Source of the DNA: Cyanophora paradoxa CCMP329
Taxonomy: Eukaryota; Plantae; Glaucophyta
Assembly: GCA_004431415.1 (NCBI GenBank)
Contig: QPMI01000271.1
Location: 45,659 to 109,658 of the forward strand
Length of the DNA: 64,000 nt
Reading direction: 5' to 3'
This document shows positions 22,616-34,026 of the stretch, one piece after another. Under the pieces are notes generated by a model. It was given only the letters and a program-made list of their open reading frames with translations. It did no database searches and had not been told where the DNA came from. Position numbers and translations under genes: made by a program. The first letter of the stretch is position 1, and the number at the start of each line of letters is the position of its first letter.

Positions 22616-22806
22616 GCCCCGCCCCGGGGCTTCCGAATTTCCGTGAGCGCTGCTCCCCTGGACTCGGGGGGCACGTGCACTGTACATGTACGTATACGTA
22701 TACATTACTTCGTTACGGCGAGGATTCAGATTCGCTATTCTATCGAGGGGCCGGGAGCCGGGGCCGAGAGTTGGACCGGGGGGCGCCCCACACGGGCTCG
22801 GTGCGC

Positions 22807-25800
22807 CTAGGCCGTGCCCTTGGACTTGGTCTTGTAGCGGAACTCTGGGCGGGGGCGGGCGGGGGGTCGGGGGGGCGGCGGGGGCCGGGGGCGGGGCGGG
22901 GCGCACCGATCTTGAGGAGGAAGCGGAGGAGGACCTGGGCGACGTCGTACACGATGAACTCGTCGTACAGCAGCGCCGTCCTCCCCTTCACCTGCCCCCC
23001 CGCCCCCGCCCCCTCGTCCCCGCCCCGCCCCGCCGGCCCCGGCCCCGGCAAGGCGGGGCGCGCGCACCTTGCTCTCGATGCCCTTGCCGCAGGGGACGCG
23101 GACCTTGCGGGGGCCCCAGGCGCGCTCGCCGGCGGGGTCGGGGGTCGTCTCGCCGGCCCCGTGCACGCTGTGGAAGCCGCGGGCCGGGCGCTTGATGCTC
23201 GGGTCGGCCTCCGTGAGCTCCTGGCAGCGGCCCAGGGCCACCTCGCTGAGCAGCACGAGCCCGACGTTGTTCTGCTCCGAGGGGTAGCAGTAGTTGGCGG
23301 ACTTGCTGGACATGTTGGCGAAGTAGATGCCCTTGCCGAACATGTAGCCGGTGACGGGGGCCTCGGGGGGCGCGATGCGGAGGCCCTGTGAGAGGATCCC
23401 CGGGTAGTTCGCCTTGCGCGACCCGTGCCAGAGCAGCGCGTGATTTTCTATCTCCTGCGACGCCTCGAAACGCGCCTGCTCCCCCTGCGACCCCAGCCCC
23501 CGTCACCTCGCGCCGGGCGGCGGGGCGGCTGGGAGGGCGCGCCTCGCGGGCGACGGTGAAGGCGTCGAGGAGCACCAGCTCGTACTTGCTGTGCGTCGCT
23601 GCGCCGGCCGCGTCGGCCGCGCCCCGGGGGCCGCGGGGGAGCGGGGGCGGGCGGGGCGGGGCGGGGACCGGCGTGGGTGTTGGTGAGGTAGTGCTGGAGG
23701 AGGTCCCAGTCGGGCCCGCCGCGCTCGAGGGGCACCAGCTCCGTCTTCAGCGCGCCGTAGTACGCGTCCAGCACGTTCACCCCGGCCGCCGGCGCCGCCG
23801 CCGTCTCTCGCCCCGAGAAGATGAGGCGCTGGGCGATCTCGATGTCCTTCAGCGCGTCCAGCAGCTCCCGCTTGGCTTGGAGCGCCTCGGGGCTTCCGAT
23901 GGCCGGCAGCTGGCCCCGCTGCGGCGCCGCGTGGGGCACCAGGTTGTAGAAGTAGTTCGAGCGGTCCCGCAGCAACACCTCCACCGCCTCCAGCCCCCGC
24001 CGCGCCCCCGCCTCCCCGGCCCCAGCCTGCCGGCGGGGTCGGGGCGTGGGGCGGCATGGCGGGGGCGGGGGCGGGGTGCGGGGCAGGGAACCTGGGCTGG
24101 GCTGTCGCGCTCGGCCAGGAGGGCCTGGATCTCGCCCAGCACGCGGTACGCCGCCTCAATCGTCGCCCCCTTCAGCTTCCCTGCCCCCGCCACGCCCCGC
24201 CTCGGCGCGGGCGGCGCCGCCCGCCCGGGGGAGGCCGGTGTGCGCACCCAGCGGCAGCTTCTTGGTGTCGAGCTCGAGCTCCACCATCGTCTGCGTGAGC
24301 TGCGCGCCACGCTCAGGCCTCCCCGCACGCCCCCCGGCCCTACGTGCCGGCCCCGCGCGCACCATGGAGGTGTCGAAGATGAGGCGCATGAGGTCCTGCA
24401 CGCGGGGGTCGAGGCGCGAGGGCGTCTCCGGCGCGCCGGCTGCGGTGGCGCCCGGGCCGGCCTCGTCGCCGCCCCCGAGGTCGACCTCGATGTAGTTGTA
24501 GTGCCCCGCCCGCTTCACGAAGGAGGCCCGCGCCTGCCCGCCCCGCCCCTCGCCCCGCGCCCCGCCGGCAAGGCTGCGGGGCGGGCGCACGGCCCACTCG
24601 TTCTTGGTCTTGTCGAAGAAGGTGCGCTCGAACTCGGCGACGGCCTCCTCCGCGCCGGCGAACTCCACCACGCTCGTGCCCCCGACGCCCCCGCGCCGCC
24701 CCTCCCGCCGCACCTCCTCCCCGATCCGCCCCTGCGCCCCGCCCCCGCTCGGCCCAGCGCCGCCCATTGCGGGGCGGCCGGAGCGCACCCACTTCTTGAA
24801 GACGTACCTGCGGGACGGGCGGGGTCGGCGTGGGCGCCGAGTGGAGGCGCGGGGGCGCGTGGGAGGGCACCAGGTGGGGAGCTTGTCGTGCTTGATGAGC
24901 TGGAGGGTGTAGAAGCTGTTCTGGCCCGTCGTTCCCGCCACGTCCGCCTTGACCAGCGTCGCCGAAAAGAGGTCCTTCCCGCGCTCGAACCTGCCCCCGC
25001 GTCGGCCCCGCGGCGCAGCGCGCGAAGGCCGCGCGGGGCGGGGCAGGGCGGGACTGACACGTGGCCGATGTCGACGAGGCCGGAGTCGTCGTCGACGACG
25101 CCGCGGCCCTTGCGGACGAAGCGGCGGCGGCCCTCCTCCTCGCCCTCCCGGCCCCTCGCCCGCTGCCGCTCCTCCACGGGCTTGTCCGCCGCGGGGCCCG
25201 ACACGGTGAAGGGCGCCCGCTCCACCAGCGCCCCCGCCTCGACGATCGCCTGCGCCAGCTCGGGGCGGCGGGGCGCGGGGCCGGGGCGCGGGGCGGCGCA
25301 CGTCCAGCCACGCCTCCTTGACGAGGGGGACCTGCGGGGTGTGAGGCGGGGCCGGCGGGGGCGGGGGCGGGGCGCGCACATCGTACTTCGCCGCCGTCTT
25401 CACCTGCGACGGCTGCGCCCCGCCCGCCTCGTACTCGTTCCTGCCCCCGCCCCCTCGCCCCCTCGCCCCTGGGGCCGGGGCCGGGGGCCGGGGGCGGGGC
25501 GAGGGGGCACCCGACGAGGAGGTAGTCGACGCGGGGCCCGACGCTCTCGCGCACCGTCGCCCCCACCAGCGCCGCCTGCGCGCCCCCTCAGCACCGACCC
25601 CAGGCGCCCCGCCAGCGCCCCGCCCCGCGCACGACGCTCTGCAGCGCCGCCTTGTCCCGTGCCAGGCCCGTGGGCGACCACGCGAAGACCCGCCCCGCCA
25701 GCACGCCCTGGCCCCGCGTCACGCGGCCCGCGGCGACGCGCCAGGCAGCGCGCACCCGCAGGGACGAGGAGGAGGAGGAGGTGGAGGGGGCGGGGCCTGC

Positions 25801-27513
25801 CCCGGGGGCGGCGTGCTTGAGCGGGGAGGCGAGCTTGGCCGGCTTGAGGCGCTCCTTGGGGGCCAGCTTCCGCACCTGCCGCCCCGCCTCGCCGGGCGGC
25901 CCCGGGGCGCGCGGGGCGGGGCGGGGCGGGCCTTGTCGAAGACGGGGTCGCCCTCCTCCTCCTCCGCGCCGTCCGCCTCCTCCTCCTCCGTCGCCTCCTC
26001 CTCCTCTTCCTCCCGCTTCTTGCGGCCCCGCCTCGCCCGCTTCGCCTTCCGCCGCCGCCCCCCGCCCCCTGCGCCCCCGTCAGCGCGCCCGGGGGCGCTC
26101 CGGGGAGGGTGGGCGGGCCGGGGGGAATGGTGTAGTCGGTGCGCTCCATCTCGTTGCCCACCCAGGTGCAGGAGGTCCTGGTGACGTCTTAGTTCACCAG
26201 GCTGCTGCTTTATGCGCGCACACCACTCGGAGACGTTGCCGCGGCAGCGGTAGGCGCCGGCCTCGTAGACGACCTTACTCTCCTTGCAGACGGGGCACGG
26301 GGGGATGCGACCGAAGACGAGGCCGTCCGCCACGAGGCCGATCAGCGCGCTCTCCGTGTTCCCCTCCCCCTGCCCGTTCGCCCGGCAGATCGCCTTCAGC
26401 TGCTCCTTCCTCAGCTCCCCGCTCTTGACGAGGCCGCCGAGCGCGTCCTTCACGCCCCAGAGCGCCTTCGCGACCTTCTCGGCCTCCGACTCCTGCCTGC
26501 CCGCCCCCGCGCTCTTCGCCACCGCCGCCACCGCCGCCTTCGGAGCCTCCTGTTGATGAGCACCATCCTTCTCTTCTTTCTTGCCGCCCCGCCCCCGCTT
26601 CCGCTTCTGCTGGCGGACGGTCAGCGTTCGGACTGGGCGGGTCAACCCCCCGCATTGCACCTGTGTCTCCACCGGGGCGCTCTCGGTGGGCGCCGCAGCT
26701 GCAGCGTCGCCAGCTCCGCCCGCGGCTCCGTCCCCCGTTTCCGCTGCGCGGGGTCCGCATCAGCCGGCGGCGCTCGTCAGGCCACATCAAGAGGGCGCCA
26801 TGCTCACGGTCGGCACCGCACGCGTACTTGATAAGCCGCTGCTGATCCTGCAGGCGGCTCGCTCAAGCCAACTCGCGCGTCTTGGATCCCTGCAGCGAGT
26901 CGGGGGGCATGCCGCACCTCCCAGCGGAGGTCTGAGAAGCCCACAATCTGCGTCGCGTCTGACCCTATCTTCGCTGCGATCGCATTCTTCTGTTTGGCCT
27001 GCGCAGAGCGAGCGAGCGACGGGTGTCAAGCGCAACGCCCGCCGATGGTGAGGGAGAGCGCTAGCGCATGCGCACCTTCGTGAAAGCGCATCTGACGTGA
27101 TGCCAATCTGCAGGGAGAAGGTCAGGCGATGGAGCGCTAACTACGCCTAAGCGCCGCTCGAAATAAGGGTCAAGAAATAAGTCCACTTTTTTGGGTGCCA
27201 TCTGCAGGAAGAAGGTCAAGCGCATGACCAAGCCGCCCCGGCACAGTGCGAACCAAAGAACGGCGAATCTTCCTCGAAGCCAAGACGGAGCGTCTGCAGG
27301 CGCGCGCCGCGGTCCGTCAGGCGCTGAAGCTCTTGTGCGCGTAGGACCACGCGCGTACGCACGGGCGCGCTCACCTTATCGCCGATGAGGTTTTTGCAAG
27401 TCTTGCAAGCTGCTCGCCCGGACTTCGCGTATCTGCACCAGCTCTGCTTCAGCGAGTCCGACCTCGCCGGCTACGCATGCGGCGCACTCTGCATGAATCG
27501 CATGGAGGCCCAT
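22807..27513 (-). CDS. PARP1: Poly(ADP-ribose) polymerase, PARP1-like (zf-PARP, PADR1, BRCT, WGR, regulatory and catalytic domains; many exons)
   Basis: EYAKSGRAACKTCK...WHHVRC...GFSDLRWEDQ (zf-PARP); ADGLVFGRIPPCPVC...YRCRGNVSEW (PADR1); FKKW|GRIG (WGR); LWHGSR, GYMFGKGIYFA and LYDEFIVY (H-Y-E triad). Confidence 0.95.
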
Positions 27514-27829
27514 CGTGCACGCGCACGCCGCGCCAAAGTTACGCCGAGGTTCGCACGCCGCGCCGCGTGCGCGCCGAGCTCGAGGTTCGCGCCTCGCCTC
27601 TTTCGCGACTACCCCCCGCCCCCCGCCCCCCCCCCCCCCCCCCCCCCCCCGCAAATTCCTCCCCACCTGCGCAGCGGGTCAAAGAAGCGCCGCGCGGCGT
27701 CGGCTCTACATCTCAGCAACGCGCAGCAATGAAGCGCAGCAGATAGGTAGGCACAGTACTGCGGTATCGTGCATCATGCGCAGCCATGCGCGGCTGCAGG
27801 TCTCACAGCAATTGCAACGGAGCGGGCGC

Positions 27830-30217
27830 CTAGAGAGGGCGGGGAGCGGAGCTGGGGGCGGGGCGGGGCGGGGCGGGGCGGGTGCGGGCGGGGCCGGGCT
27901 CGGGGTCGGACTCGCTGAAGCCGAGCTGGCGGAGGACGCGTGCGAGGTAGCGGTCGGGCTGGATGCCGGCCCCCTTCATCTCCTCGAAGGCGGCGCGCGC
28001 CCCCGCGATGTCGTCCCCCCGGCAGTAGCCCGAGAGCAGCGACGTGTACGTCTGCACGTCCGGCGGCACCCCCGCCCGCTCCATCTCCGCCATCACCCGC
28101 CGCGCCTCCGCCATCTCCCCCGCCCGCGAGTGCGCCTGCCGCCGCCCGCGTGAGCGCTCGAGCGAGGCTGCCCGGCGGCGGCGGGGTGGCGTGCGGCGAA
28201 CTTTGACAAGGGCGCTGTAGGTTACGCGGTCGAATGCTATGTTGTGGGATTTCATGCGCTCCATGGCCGCCCGAGCCGCCCGCGCGTCCCCCGCCGCCCC
28301 GTGCGCCGCAACCAGAGTGTTGTACGCCACCACGCCGGCCCCCTGCCTCCCCTGCGCCCCCGTCGGCCCGCGCCCGGGTGCGGGGGCGGGGGCGGGGGCG
28401 GGGGCGGGGGCACCTCGAGCTCGTCGAGGAGGGCCTCCGCCTCCGCCAGCCGCGCCGCCCGGCAGTACGCCTGGCCCCGCCTCAGCCGCGCCCACGCCCG
28501 CGCGGCGGCCGTGGCGGGGCGGCGCGCCTTCATCATGCACGCGTACAGGAACTGCGCGTCCTCCCACTCCGCCCCCTCGAGCTTCGGCTGCCGCCCCGTC
28601 GCGTCGCGCGGAACGCCCGAAGCGGGGCGGGCGCACCAAGGCCGACTCGAAGACCTCGTGCGCCCGCGCGATGTCGCCCGTCTGCGCCCGCCCCCGTGAG
28701 CGGGCGGGGCCAGGGGCGGGGCGGGAGCGGGGGCGGCGCCTCGGCGTAGCCGTTGATGAGGGCGGCGAAGACGTGGGAGTCGGGGGGGACGCCGACGGAG
28801 CCCTCCATCTCCTCCTGCCCCGCCCCGCCCCCGCCTCAGCGGGTTAGAGACGGGGGCGGGGGCGGGAGGCGGGCGGGCGCCTTCATGGCGCGGGCCTCGG
28901 CCATGCGGCCCTCCCGCGCGAGGGCCCCCACCAGCGTCTGCCCCCCCGCCCCGCGTCGGCTCGGCCACCCCGGGGGCGCCCCGTGCAGGGCGGGCGGCGC
29001 ACGGCGTAGATGACTTCGTTGGGGGCGATGCCGGCGGCGCGCATCTCGGCGAGGGCCTGCTGGGCCCACTCGAGGCGGCCGCTGCGGCAGCGTCCCTTGA
29101 TAACGGTGGAGAAGGTGACTACGTCGGGCGCCAGGCCCTTCCCCGCGAGCGACGCGAACTCCGCCTCCGCCTCCTCCCCCATCCCCGACTCGTAGAGGGC
29201 GTTGATGGCCGCGTTCTCGCAGCGGATCTCCGCCGGCAGGCCCGCCGCCGCCATGCTCGCCAGCACCCGCCGCAGGTCCCCCACGCCCACCGCCGACGGG
29301 CCCCGCCGCCGCGCCGCCGCCCGCGCGATGCTGCGGATCACCGTGCTGAAGCTGCATTCCAAGAATTTAGTGGCGGCAGATTAGCTGCACGACGTGGAGA
29401 TTGTGTAATCTCGACTCCGCAACGTTCACAGATAAAACCCTCTATAGGAAATAGTTCCATGACATTCCCAATCAATTAAAGGACCAAAATTGTTTTCACC
29501 TGTACGTGTCCGGCCGCACCGGCCGCGCCCCGCTGACCATCTCGTCCAGGATCAGCAGGGCCCGCGGCAGCTCGTTCCCCCTGCACAGCCTGCGCCCAGC
29601 GCCCCGTCGCTCAAAGCAGGAAGGGCGGGCCGCAGAGTACACGAGGGCACCCGTCGAGGAGCGTGTTGTCTGCGGGGAGGCGTCAGCTCCAGGGGAGCGG
29701 TGGCTCGCGGGGAGCTCACAGTGGTACTCGTTCGCGATGCCCCGCTGCGTAGCCGACTCCAGGATGGAGAACGCCCCCTCGAAGTCCTTCACGCGAACAG
29801 CTTTTTCGATCTCCTCCCGCGTCACCATACTCCAGTGGCGCGTGTCGTGTTCGCGGCGCTCATGGTGAAACTTCGCCCCATCCGCCTCGGCATCGTTCCG
29901 CCTCCGCGCCCGCGGCCGCCTCTCGTACCGATCGCCGGCTGACGCGTACGCCTGAGCCCAACAGAGAGGCAGCGGAGACCTTGTGCAGCGGAGCTACCTG
30001 GAGCTTGGCCCTCGAAGCGCGTGCGTGGTCGATTCTCAAATCGCCTGCTCCCACGCTCCGATCGAGGCTCGTTCGTACGCGAGGCCCGGTCGTGCTCTGC
30101 TACCGGGGCACGGGCTGTCGACTTCGCTGCCTCTGGTTGCAGAGCTGATCGGTACATGCGAGCGCCGAGGAAGGCGCTCGCGATCCTGGGCGTGCTGGGC
30201 ACCGCGAAAGCGCACAT
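27830..30217 (-). CDS. Pentatricopeptide-repeat (P-type PPR) protein, probably plastid-targeted (multi-exon)
   Basis: Tandem 35-aa repeats such as PDVVTFSTVIKGRCRSGRLEWAQQALAEMRAAGIA and PDVQTYTSLLSGYCRGDDIAGARAAFEEMKGAGIQ; N-terminus MCAFAVP. Confidence 0.9.
29352..29499 (-). other. AT-rich GT-AG intron of the PPR gene, mostly a decayed rpoC/rpoC1 fragment (NUPT-like)
   Basis: The minus strand reads ENNFGPLIDWECH..YRGF, then after a 1-nt shift ICERCGVEITQSPRR. Removing the segment restores the PPR motif PDTYS-FSTVI. Confidence 0.8.
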
Positions 30218-30407
30218 CTCGGTCCAGCGACTCTGGCACTCGCGGTCACTATGAGCACACCGGCGGCCTAGCAGCTGCTCGGGCTCGGTCTGGGTTCGCG
30301 CCGTGGGCCGCCGATATCGATTTCTATCGTCCGCTTCTGGAAATCACGTACTCCGGGTCGCCGGGGTCGGCCACCACAGCGGCCATTTCCAGCAGTCGCA
30401 CGCAGTG

Positions 30408-31979
30408 ATGGCAGACATAGAAGACGGCACGGACCTTTACGAGCTGTTTGGAGTGAAGCACGATGCGACCAAGGAAGTCATCGTCAAGGCATATCGAAAG
30501 ACAGCGCTTAAGTACCACCCAGGTGCGCCCCGCATTAGCTAGAGCGCTTTTGCGTTGTAAAGGCGTGCCGGGCGAGGCCGGAGGGTCCGCGGCCTGCTCA
30601 CGCGAGCGCTCCCGCGGCCATTTCTTACGTATGCCGCGTTCTGCAGATAAGAATCCGGACAACCCGAAGGCGCATGAGATCTTCGCGAAATTCACCAAGG
30701 CGTACGAAACCTTGCTCGACCCCGAGAGGAGGAAGGCATACGACGATGCTCAGCGGGTGCGGGCGTGCGAGGATCCCGCAGTAGGATCTTCTTAATGCGC
30801 CCGCCGGCCAGGCAAAGCGCCAGAGGAAGGAGCGCATGGAGGCGATGGATACGAAGCGCAAGGACATGAAGAACAGTGCGCACCCGCTCCTCGCCCACTT
30901 GCCCCGCCGCCGACGGCCTGCGGCGCAGAGCTCGAGGAGCGGGAGAACGCGTGGAAGCGCAGGCATCAGGACGCCGAGGAGGAGGCCCGCCGCGTGCAGA
31001 TGGAGGTGCCCCCCGCGGCGGCGCCCGTGGGGGGGCGGCGGCTGAGGGCGCGGCAGGTGGAGAAGCTGCGGAACGAGGGCCTGAAGCGGAGGAAGCAGAT
31101 GGACGACGAGGCCGCCTCGAAGATCTGGGAGGCTACTGCTGCGGCGGCCGGCTCCTACGTCCCGGCCCACGAGCAGGGCTCCGAGGGGGACGTGAAGATC
31201 ACGTGGAGCTACGCGCGGGCTCCGTACACGGAGGAGCAGCTGCGGGCGGTGCTGGGCGTGTTTGGGGCGATCGAGGGGGTGGTGGTCGGCCGCAAGAGCA
31301 GCAGCGCCGTCGTCTCCTTCGCCAGCGCCGACGACGCGGTGCGGGCGCCCCCCGCGGCCCCGCCCCGCCCCGTCCGCCGCCCCCGCGAGCGCCCCGCGCA
31401 GGCCCGGGCCATCGCCCACTACGCCAGGGACGGCCTCGAGTTCAAGGCTGCCTGGGTCCGGGACCGCAACCGGCCCGGCGCACCGGCTGCGGGGCCGAGC
31501 GCGCGGCAGCCGGCGCCCGTCTCGAGAGGCTACGCCGCGTTCGCGGCGGGGGACAGGGCCCCATCGGACGTGCCGAACCCCTTCTCCGACACCCTGGTGC
31601 GCCCCGCGCCTGACCGGACCCGGGGGCCGCTGACGGGCCGGGGGGGGCGGGACAGCACACGCCAGGGGAAGTGCGGGCGCAGACGAGCCACGCCGAATAC
31701 GAAATGCTCGTTTTGCAGCGCATGAGGCAAGCCGCCCAGGCCCAGAAGGCCAGGGCCGCAGCCGCCCCCGCCCCCGCCCCCCCCGCCTCGCCTCCCCCGG
31801 CCCCCCCTTCCGACCCGAACCCCGCGGAGGACAAGGAGGCAGAGAGTGGCCCGTCACGAGAGCCCTCTCTTTCGCCGCCCCCGCCCCCTGTCGACGTCCT
31901 CATCGTCGATAGCGGGGGCGTCATTGAGGGCGTGGAACATCGTCAGAAGGGGCACAGGCCCCGCTCCAACGGCAGCTAG
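30408..31979 (+). CDS. DNAJC17: J-domain protein DNAJC17/Cwc23-like (J domain, coiled coil, RRM-like region; multi-exon)
   Basis: DLYELFGV...AYRKTALKYHP|DKNPDNP (HPD), LLDPERRKAYD, VKITWS...LRAVLGVFGAI...AVVSF and YEMLVLQRMRQAA. Confidence 0.85.
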
Positions 31980-32210
31980 GCCCCAGGTTAGCGGATCGAG
32001 CTCTGTCGATGCGCCTAGAGCCACATCAAAGAGTCACTCTATGCGCGTGCAAGAAGCGGGCGAGGTCACAGACATCGCAGCGGGGCCGGCTCGCCGCTGC
32101 AGCGGACCCGGTTCGGCGGTACCGGTGGGAGAGCGACGGAAACGGCAGGGGTTCATTTAAGAGAGAGAGAAGCTACATATGGGGCCTATGCTATGCGGGG
32201 ACGGTCACGC

Positions 32211-33484
32211 TCAACGGATGTAGTTGCAGACCAGCCAGAAGAGGATGTAAGTGAGCACGCCAACAACAGCCTGTCGTCGCTGGTCAGGCGCGCGCGAGGC
32301 AGGAGGGGCGGTACGCAATGCAGGACAGGGGTCCGCACCTGGATGGCGAGGCCGAAGGTGGGGAACCCGATCTTGGGCAGGCCCGTGCCGAGCGCCCAGC
32401 CGACGGCCGCGGCGAGCATCGAGAAGGGGATCGAGCGGATCCACTTCTTGTTCTTCTGGTAATGGTACGCAATGCAGCAAAGCAGGCCAAGCGGCAGGTA
32501 GGCGCCCACAGAGACGGGCGAGATGAGAGAGAAGACGCCGAGCATGCCGAAGATAACACCAGTGGTCACCATCGTCTGCTTCACGGGCCTGCGAGGAGAA
32601 GCGGGCGGTATCGGTTACTGCTTCATTCGCTCAAAACCAAAAAGGGCCGCACTGGTCGAGCAGCTCGCTCGGCCTGTAAGCCTCCTTGATCTCCTTCCAG
32701 GTCGGGAAGCCGGTCGGGAGCTGAATGTTTGGCGGGAGGGTCGGCTTGCCGCGCGGGCCAAGACCAAGACGCTGCAGGTTGATCTTAGGCATCTCCTTCT
32801 TCCTTTCCGTGAGCCGCTTGAGCAGAATCGCGTTCTCCGCCTTAGCGATCTGCTTCTCCATGTCCTCGTCCCCCTTGTACCTGCGAACGCGCCATGCCTC
32901 AGGCCACAGATCCGTTGCTCACACTTGTTTCGAGGGACCGTAGGGAAAGGCTCTGCGTGCTGGCGGGGAGGCTGGGCAGCTGCGGGCAGCGCACTTCTCC
33001 TTCATCTCCTTGATCGCGTTGTCGACCTCCTCGAATTTCGCGGTCTCGCTCACGCCAAGGAAGCGGTAGGGGTTGAAAGAGCCATCGGAGGCGCCCGCGG
33101 CAGAGTTCGCCTCCACGAACATGCCACGGCCCTGTTGGCGGCGCAAGGATATTTAGGCTGGCTGCCACGCCGGGGGCACGAGACTTGCCAGAAACATGCG
33201 CGCACCGTCTGGATGCTGCCGCAGTTGCTAGAGCGGAATTGTACCGAGCGACCGAACTGAGTGACGGCGAGCTGGTGCTGCCGCGAAGACCGCTGCGTGG
33301 CACGGAACCCAGAGTACAGGGGGATCGCATCCGCACGGGCGGAGCTGATTTCGAACATCCGCCTGGGCGTCGAGGGCTCGCCGCGCACGCCCGGGATAAG
33401 GGCGCATGTGCGCGAGGGGCCAGCAACGACGGTCGCAGGCGTGCCCGCCACAGCGGAGCCCGGGAGGCTGGAGATGTACGCCAT
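32211..33484 (-). CDS. CPP1: CPP1-like (chaperone-like protein of POR1, DUF3353), plastid-targeted (multi-exon)
   Basis: J-like NPYRFLGVSETAKFEEV without HPD, AILLKRLTERK, and three to four C-terminal transmembrane segments ending FWLVCNYIR*. Transit-like start MAYISSLP. Confidence 0.75.
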
Positions 33485-34026
33485 TGTTGCGGCCCGATTC
33501 TCGGTCCGTGAACAGGATACCCCCCTTAACCTTGGCTCAAGTTGGCTGTGTTGGCACTGTTGGCAGCTCTTCTCCGCGGCTCGATCCAGGGGCAAGAGGG
33601 TGAAAAGTGAAAATGAAGCGAGGTGTTAGCTCGCCACACCTGCACGGACTTCCTGGACCCCGTGAGGAGCCAGAGGACCTGTTGCCGCTCAAAGAGGTGC
33701 GCCAGCTGCGGTTGCCGTTCAGATCGGCCCTGCGTAGTTGACCACGCGCAAGGCGTACGTCTCTCTTCTGCGCCTGATCTTGCCCCGCGCAGGCTGAGAG
33801 CGACCCCGCGCCAGCGCCGCAGCCACCACCGCGTAAACAACCGCCGCCGCTGCATATTCAGTGCAACGCTGATGCTATGCGCATAGCTCACCCGAGTCCG
33901 CTGCGGCGTGTCAAGAGCTACGACCATGCGTACGGGGCCACCCAGCGTACGCGGAACCGAAGCGAATCCTTGCGCGTGCATCTGCTGCGGCGGGTCGCCT
34001 CCCCTGCACAGGTGCTCATCTCGTAT

